Shown piece by piece: positions 54,201 to 63,200 of a stretch of DNA of 64,000 bases. The position numbers and the translations under genes were made by a program. The notes beneath the pieces are model-generated. The model saw only the letters and a program-made list of their open reading frames with translations, did no database searches and was not told the DNA's origin. Each line of letters starts with the position of its first letter. Positions within the stretch are counted from its first letter, which is position 1. Source of the DNA: Priapulus caudatus (lineage: Eukaryota); the NCBI RefSeq assembly GCF_000485595.1, contig NW_014577073.1, positions 544,816 to 608,815 of the forward strand. Direction: 5' to 3'.

Positions 54201-57200
54201 AGTATTAACATTTTTACGTGCGTAATGTCTATGGAACAGCTTGAACCTAACATAGGCCCACTACGTTGGTATTGTGTTAGGAGATGGTGGTGAATACAAT
54301 GCAACGGGTCGTCTGGTAATGCAACAGAGCTGTGCGATGTTGTCGGCTACTCACCAGCTGATGGCGACATCTCTCAAACTTGCTCACTAGATGCCAGTGA
54401 AGAACTCAGTCATGTGCCTTCTGCTTCCTCCTGTGTTTCCAAGTGCTGATTGTCGCATCGTGGTACACCTTACAGAAGTTCTTCGGTTGTACACCTTTCG
54501 TTCACTGTCCTGAAAGTTCCACGCCAGAGATTAGTTTCTTTTTTGAAACAGCATAGCACATTTTAGGCATTGGATATGATATTCCTTTTACTGCTGTTGT
54601 TTTGGTTTTGTTTGTTGTGTTGTTGTTTTTTTAGTTTTTTTTTCAACCGATATATGAATACATTATAATTTCATTGATCACAGTGGGCTTAATAATAGTG
54701 TGGTGAAAACACCATTCGATATGCTGGCAGAACCATAATGATATTAGACTTCATGACAATATCCTGATTTCTAAACCTACAATCAAGCAGGGTTATGGTT
54801 TATATCCTAAAGTAAAAAAAATATGATGGTTCACGTCTTATATATAACGATGAAAACAAATTATAAATGCATATTTTTAATACAACTTATTATATAACAC
54901 ATACATGTTACATGCTCGCAGAGGTATGCACTCTCCGTGAGTGCCCTCTGTCTAGTTATACGTGTTATACATGACAAAAAATTTCCACATACCAGTAAAT
55001 AAGCGAACATTCTCTGCAACTCTCGCAGTGTTTCCTCATGTTTTCCTTCCTTAGAAACCTATTCAAAACATCATGCTTATCAGTACTTTTATATAGTACG
55101 AATGTGCAAAACGTACACACCAGTTTCCGAACATCGTCTTTTAAAGAACACCGATTAAGTTATCTAACTGCGTTCAGGCGATCCCAAACCAAGAGTAACG
55201 AAATGATAAATCACTTATGCCAGTACACACTCAACATGTGAAAAAAAAAACGGAAAAAAAACAATAACTTGACTCTTGACGTGTTCTCAAACATGATCTG
55301 TCTGCTGCGAGTACGTACGTCGATGTAAACAAACCGCTCGAGTGAATGAGCGCGAGCGAGCGCGCAGCATCCTTACCCTCGCTGCTAACACGGAAGCCCT
55401 CGCCTCCGGCATCATGAACAGCTGCTGTATCGACGACGCCATGTAGCAGGTGGCGCCCAGGTTCTGCAGGCCGACGTAGCCACACTGCGATCGCTCGCCG
55501 TCGCGCGGCCACATGTCCCACGGGTACGGCGCATGCGCGGCTGACGTGCGAGAGAGCGAGAGAGAGAGAGTGAGATGAGCGAATGTCTCATTTCAGTATA
55601 AAATGTGTTTCGCCTACGGCCGTCAAAGTGCGTATGCTTAGATGAAGGATGTCCAACTAGTACGGTATGTTTACACGGTTTCTCGAGCTGACCTTGACTA
55701 AATATCAACATCAAATATGCTTTTTACACATTAATTATGTAATCTTACAAATTAATTAACAAAAATTCTTAAATTTACAAGTTGGTTTAAGAACCTGCAT
55801 ACTGCATAAATGGTAACCATATTTGATTTGGAAACACATGCTCAGCAAATTTTTTTTCAGTAAAATAATTAAATAAATAAATAAATGATAAGTTACCTTG
55901 GGTGTGCTGCACAAGCACCTTACTGTGCAAGAACTCATAGTTGGACACTGAACCTTTAACTAACTCCACGAGAAGATCGAACGCACACGAACGTGACGTC
56001 TGGGTTTTGCACTTTGGTAGATGGCGCTGTTTCAGCGTAGGTAGCGCAAAGAGACACTCGAAGACCACTGCGATGAATTCCTGTTTAGAGCCAGACACGT
56101 TACAGTAAAGATATGATAAGGCGTTGATGTGTATGTATATATGTTGCATCAGGACATGTAGGCGTTGTTTCGAAAAAATTAACAGGTGCATTAACTATTT
56201 ATAGTTGTTGTGCCACAGGCTCCAGATTTACATACTTCTACACACGTACGAGTGGAAATATGTGCCTAGTTAGATCATAGAACCTCTGCAACTATGTATG
56301 TTATGATGTGATGACAGTTCACTATGATGTAACAGTAGAACCGCCGCTTCATCACAATAGCCACATCATCACAGCGGCGGCACAATAGTTGCTCTGATTT
56401 CACAACGATTACCACGACGTGACAATGAATGCCACGGTGTAACAATGCTTGCCACGACGTGACAACGCTTGCCAGGATGTGACAATGCTTGCCAGGACGT
56501 GAACGTTTGCCACGACGTAACAACGCTTGCCAGGATGTGACAATGCTTGCCAGGACGTGACAACGCTTGCCAGGATGTGACAATGCTTGCCAGGACGTGA
56601 ACGTTTGCCACGACGTAACAACGCCTGCCAGGATGTGACAATGCTTGCCACGACGTGACAACGCTTGCCACGACATAAAAACATGCCACGTCGGCTGTGC
56701 TTGCCTTGATCTCGGGCGAGAACTTGTAGGGCGGGTTGTGCTTCATTGCGGCCGTGCAGAGCTGCAAGAGTCCGATGAGGCCGTCGTCCTCACCGCTGCG
56801 CCGCTCCAGCTGCTCACGCGCTTCCACGCACGCTGCCAGCTGCTGCACCATGCTGTCCAGCTCTAGCACCGCGCTCTGCAGACAGCACAGACACGGTAGN
56901 NNNNNNNNNGCTGTAGATGTAAACATAAATCACGTTATACACACAGCTAAGCCTGGTAGACTGTAAATAATAACAGCGTTATACATACACAGCTAGCCAC
57001 GGCTTAGATGCTAAACAATAAACATGTTTAACACACAGCTAAGACATCGCGTAGATTGTAAACAATAACATGTTATACACACAGCTAAGCCATAGGTAGA
57101 CATGTAAATAATAACACGTTATACACACAAGCTAAGCCACGGTAGATTGTAAACAAATACACGTTATACACACAGGCCTAATGCATGGTAGATGCTAAAT

Positions 57201-60200
57201 AATAACACGTATATACACACTAGCTAAGCCACGGTTAGATGTACACAACTCACACGTTACACACAGCTAAGTACGGATAGAGTAAATAATAACACGTTTA
57301 CACACAGCTAAGGCCACGGTAGATGTAAACAATAACACGTTATACCCACAAGCTAAGCATACGGTAGATGTAAATAATAACGGTTATTACAACAGCTTAA
57401 GACACCGTAGATGTAAACATAACATGTTATAACACACAGCTAAGCCAATGGTAGATTTGTAAACATAACACGTTATACACACACTAGCCATGCGTAGATG
57501 ATAGAATAATAACACGATTATACACACAGCTAAGCCATGTTAGATGTAATAATAACACGTCTATACCACAACAGCTAAGCCATGGTAATGTAAATAATAA
57601 CACGTTATACCACACAGCTAAGCCACGGTACGATGTAAACAATAACACGTTTTATACACACAGCTAAGCCACGGTAGATGTAAACAATAACACGTTATAC
57701 ACACAGCTAAGCCACGGTAGATGTAAACAATAACACGTTATACACACAGCTAAGCCACGGTAGATGTAAACAACAATAACAACGACACAAAAGCCGCCAG
57801 CTGCTGCACCTCGATCATACACAGCATACTCTACACACAGCAATGCTGATAAACTGCTAACAAAAAAACAAAGTAAAATGGCTTTTTCTTTCATACCTCG
57901 TCAGACGTGGCATCTTTCAGTCGCATGACCAGTAACCTATCCAGGTTTTCTACCAGACGACAGACGAGCCAGAAGTAGTCCTTGCATCCCGGTCCATATG
58001 GCTCCTGGTCCTTACAGTCTAGCTCCTGCTCAAATCCCTACAAATGCACCGATGTTACCACCAACAGCCGGGAAACTACGGGCCCGTTGTCAGAAACATC
58101 AAAAATTGCTATGGTGACACTTAACTGACTCTTACTGACGTGTTAAAACCTCACTGTTTGCAATTTTATCAGGAAATTCGTATCAATGAAGTGGTATGCT
58201 CAGCACTCGAATTGCTCTACTGAATATAAGATTAAGTATATTTATAGGCTGTATTATAATGATTATTCCTGTAAACTCAGTTACACTTACACTCTGTGGA
58301 GGCTTGATCGTGATAGCGACAGGTAGATAGGTGAGTAGGCTAGACAGAAGGGGCACCACAAACGACTGACCACTAACGCCATCTACTGTCGCACCTAGGC
58401 ACAACCGATACAGTCCTGCGCAGGCCTCCCTTCGCACCGTGGGCTGCAAGACATGATCTCTCACATGACACAACACACACAGGTGCCAGCAAAACACTTG
58501 CTATATTTAATTAACCTAATTGAACCATTAAAATGTACTCAATCAATTATATACGTTTGAGGAATATAATTAGCATTGTAGTAACATACTTGGTTTTACC
58601 CATTTCCAGAAAAAAAACTAAATGCAAGATAGTAATACCAATTCTAAGAATATTTACACTACAATCTATAGATATACTAAATTTTGTTTGTTCGGTTTTC
58701 TTCTCAGCTCTACTCTCGGCTCAGAAGTGAAAGTTCTTGGTTGCGATGCGGGGGTATACTAACATCTGGTGCATCTAGGACAAGCTTCTTCAACCAATGA
58801 CTAGATCCGGCGAAGGTTTCACAGAGTTTTGGCATCAGGTCCTCGCTGGAGTGCGCCCACGACACGAGCAGTGTCATCGCGTAGTGAACGACTGAAACAT
58901 GCGCATCATCATAAGCCACACTGCTGCCATGGCGAAATGCGTTCTCATCCTCCTATCCTTATAAATCGTGCAATTATGCTGCCAGAGTACGACAGAGTAT
59001 CGCAGGGATGCAAATTCCGTTGCCCTGGGTTCAGTAAGTCATGAGTTCCAGAAGAAAAACATTACACGAGAACACAAATTAACGGCAAATAACTGGCACC
59101 AAGATACGGTATCCGGCGTGCACCAAGAATATACGAGTGTGGATTTAACGTGTCACAGAACCACCGTTCGATGCCTGGACGCTCTTAGCTCACACATCAT
59201 CGAGTGATCACCTTGTGCCTTGCCCCAGATGCCGAGCTGGTACTGGTTGGGGTCGCTCGGCACTGCCGCATCATTCAGTACAGACAGGAGCACCTTCAGC
59301 ACTGGCTCCACCTGAATCATGTCCAGCACAGCCTAGAACAGAAGACATAGCTTCACGCTCTCACGAGCTGCTGCTAAGCATCGAGTCATCTACCGCCATT
59401 CGATTTTATCATTCGATATACTACATACAAGACTATGTAATAGTGAACGAGAAAACTAATTGCACTCAACGACGACACTCGTGGATTCACGTGCTTTCAC
59501 GTGGAGCCAAAAGTAAACCCACCACGGAAGTAGCCAGAATGAAGACCTCTGGGGCCGCTGTCAGAAACATCATGAAGCTAATGTTAAATTAATTAATTTG
59601 ATGACTGTTTCTGACAATGGTCCCCAGCTCTTCTCCGAAGTTGGACAACAATAAATGATGCACATTAGATGCCGCCACAATCACGCGTCGTGTCGTCGCG
59701 GGGGAGGGGGGCGGGGTGTCGTCGCTCTGCGCGGCGGGTGGGTTGTCACGGGATCTGGGGCGGCGGGGTGGAGGGTGGTGTGTTGGGGGGTGGGGTAAAA
59801 GGTTTCGGCACGCTGTTCAGCCGGGGTATGATCGAGCTTGTCCTGGCTGCCCTTGCGTCCGCGGCGCAGGCACTTGCGCGGCGTATCCTGTGAGTGCGGC
59901 GTCTCGTACTGCTCAAACAACTCGCCGCCGCATGCCTCAATGTCCTCTGGCACGACGCCAAACTCACAGATCGTCTTCAGCATGTACGCAAGGCAGTCCT
60001 CCTCCCACTGCAGTGCCACACAGACAGCGATTATACATGTACGCCAAGGACAGGTCCTCTCCTACTGCAGTGCACACAGACAGATATACAAGTACGCAAG
60101 GCAGTCCTCCTCCCACTGCAGTGCACACAGACAGATATACAAGTACGCAAGGCAATGCTCCTCCCACTGCAGTGCACACAGACAGATATACATGTACGCA

Positions 60201-63200
60201 AGGCAGTCCTCCTCCTACTGCAGTGCACACAGACAGATATACATGTACGCGAGGCAGATGTACATGTACATGTTAGCACTGATGACTGACACTATGCAGA
60301 TCCGATAGAGATATAAACGATAGCTTACCTCCGACAGTCAACACACGCATACATCTTATAGTAGACACACTTCATATAATACTAATTATAAGCAGCATCC
60401 TACTCCAAATCACAATGCACATGTGTATGTGTTATAGTACACTGTATACAACACTAGATATGCAAATTTAAAACCTAGATCCAATCATAATGTACACTTC
60501 TAGTGCATATAGGTGTGTACTAGTAGTGCATATGAGTGTGTAGTAGTGGTGTGTATGAGTGTGTACTAGTGGTGTGTATGAGTGTGTACTACTTAGTGAC
60601 TAGTGTGCGTATGTATTAATGAATGCATACCTCGTTCCAGACTTCGTCGCGAGCTTGCAGCACGCCGGACATGAAGACAGCGAATATGTGCTTCAGACCT
60701 CCGCCTTCTAAAAACTATAGCAAGGCAACATCAGTACTACACATGTCGACAGTCTTGCATATTTCAACTGACGTGCTACACGAATATCTACATTATTACG
60801 ACAGTCTGTTCAACAATTATAACAGCAGTGACTGCTCCTGCATATAACAACTAGACAATTCGCGTAAGGTACCAAGCAGCCACGACTGAAATCGGCAGTG
60901 TTCAGCAATTTTCCATGCATAACTAGTTGAGCATTTCCTCTGCTAACGTACCACTTTGTGCCACTTGCTGCCGGTGCTCTCTGCTGGCAAAATGCTGGAG
61001 TCACCATCACCAGTATGATGATGCTAGAAGGCAGGCAAAACAAAATTATCATTAATTAACGTCCAAGCAAATCTATCGGTTAAGTTATTTATCTACTTGA
61101 AAAAAAATTATATACTTAATATTAATCTACTTAAACGTTTCAAATTGCTTGGCAATGATTTTAGTTGTTTTTAACTTTCATTAAAAATTGCCGGTTGTGA
61201 TTTTTGCGAAATACGAGTCCTTGCATTAACTACAATTACAAGACTTTAATAATATGATATAATATATATAATATATGTATAATATAATAATCATAGACAC
61301 GGTCATCTAATGAATTTGTTACCTGATCCTTCTTCTTCGCAAAATCAGGCTGTCCCAGGCCCTCGACAATCTGCAGTGAGTAGATCAGTCGGTGTGGCGA
61401 GTCGGGGTTCAATAGCCTGTTCCAGTCCACGATGGTCGCCTGCCCCTGCTGCAACTCCTGGAAGCCCCGCAGCATGTGCGGCGACGTGGGCAGGATCATC
61501 AGCAGCTCCCAGACTTTTCGTGAGAGCACTTGACCGCGGTTTCCATCCTGGGCAGTGAGGGATGTCACGCAATACACATTACATGTATATATATCTATAT
61601 ATATATATAGAAAATATTGAAATGACAACAACTGGAGACATAATTATGTCTCCAGTTGTTAACATTTCAATATTTTCTGTTCTGCATAATTTAACTTGCA
61701 CTTGGAAAACTGAACTATATGAATATACATATATGTTATCAAACATGGCAGGTCAACTATCATCGCATCTATCAACTGCAACCTGAGCTATATAATAACC
61801 TTCATTTCAGCAATAATTTCCAACAGATTCCATTGTGAAAATGGCGCACAGAAGACTGTCAAAGGGTGATATATAAATAGTAATATAGTTTTATAGATTA
61901 TACCCTATACGTACTCCTATTATATATGTCGCTATAAAACTAACTGGTCACATTACAGAGTTTTCGGCCTCTAAGAACTGGCTGGCGATTGCCGAGAGCC
62001 AATCGTATTCGCGATGGAAACGCCGATACAGGAGATCCCGCGCGAATCGAGAAATCGCCACGGCGACGGAGGAGACACTCACGCCCTGGTTGCTGAGCAG
62101 CTTCATGAGACTGACTAGCTGGTCGAAGTGGTCCTCCTGCAGCAGCAGCAGCATCGGGAGACGGTCACGAGACGGCAGACTCAGCTGTGAGCCGGGACTC
62201 AGGCCCTCGCGCTTACGCTGCGGCCGCGTCGCCCCGACCGACACGAAGATCAGCTGTAACGAACAGACAGACAGACAAACGATCACTCACGCTTCTACGA
62301 TTAGCGTCCTGATGAAATCAGCATCTAATGCATATATCCATGCAGGCTGTACATTCCTTTAATAAAGGATATAAATTATTACAAAAGATCAAAAGATTAC
62401 ATAAATTTAATGTATCCCTCTAAACGTCATGTTATAGACATCTAGTAGATTGTTTCAGAAACACGCACGCACACATGCACGCACGCACACATATATATTA
62501 TTCACTTCACAATCGATATAATAAGCAGGGAAACAAGCTGCATGTACCTCGAGAACGTGAATAGCAGAACGAAATAATACAAACGTGTGCAACCTATCAC
62601 ATCAAACTAAAATCGGACATTACACAATAAACTTGCGCCCACCTGATACTGGCGACCCACCCCCGGCTCTCTAAATGAAAGCCTTGCCCCGGTGACCCTC
62701 CAACTTGTCGCTGTGCTCTAAAATTTCGATACTAAACCGAACGCAACACTGCCCTCTCCCTGCCCCCCCCCCCAAATATAAAACTGCGATGTCCGCTTGG
62801 CACGCCACCTGGTTGTCCTTGAACTGCATCTCGTGGAGGCTCTTCTCGTCGAGGTCAGGGGTCAACTCCTGACCCTGCGTGATCATGCGCACGGGTCCGT
62901 CGGCTAACATAGCACCGAGGATTGGCGTCAGCAGCATCGTCGTCGTTGTCGCCGTCGCCGCCGCCACAGCGCTGGTGCCGGCCGCGATGCTGCCGCGTGA
63001 CGTGGCGGCACCTGTCGGCGAGTACGGGCCTTTACACTGCTGCTGCTGCTGCTGCTGTTGCTGCTGCTTCTTCTGAAACTAGAATCCACACGAAGATGTG
63101 GTGAGGGCGTGCAATAATTGTAAAGCGAGATATTAAAATGTTATTTACCTGTAACCTGTTATTACCTCCGCCAGGGGCTTGGCGGAGGTTATGTTTTCAC

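Noticed and set aside
43853..54890. Second USP catalytic-domain copy
   Set aside because: Same artefact signature, and it splits one transposon in two.
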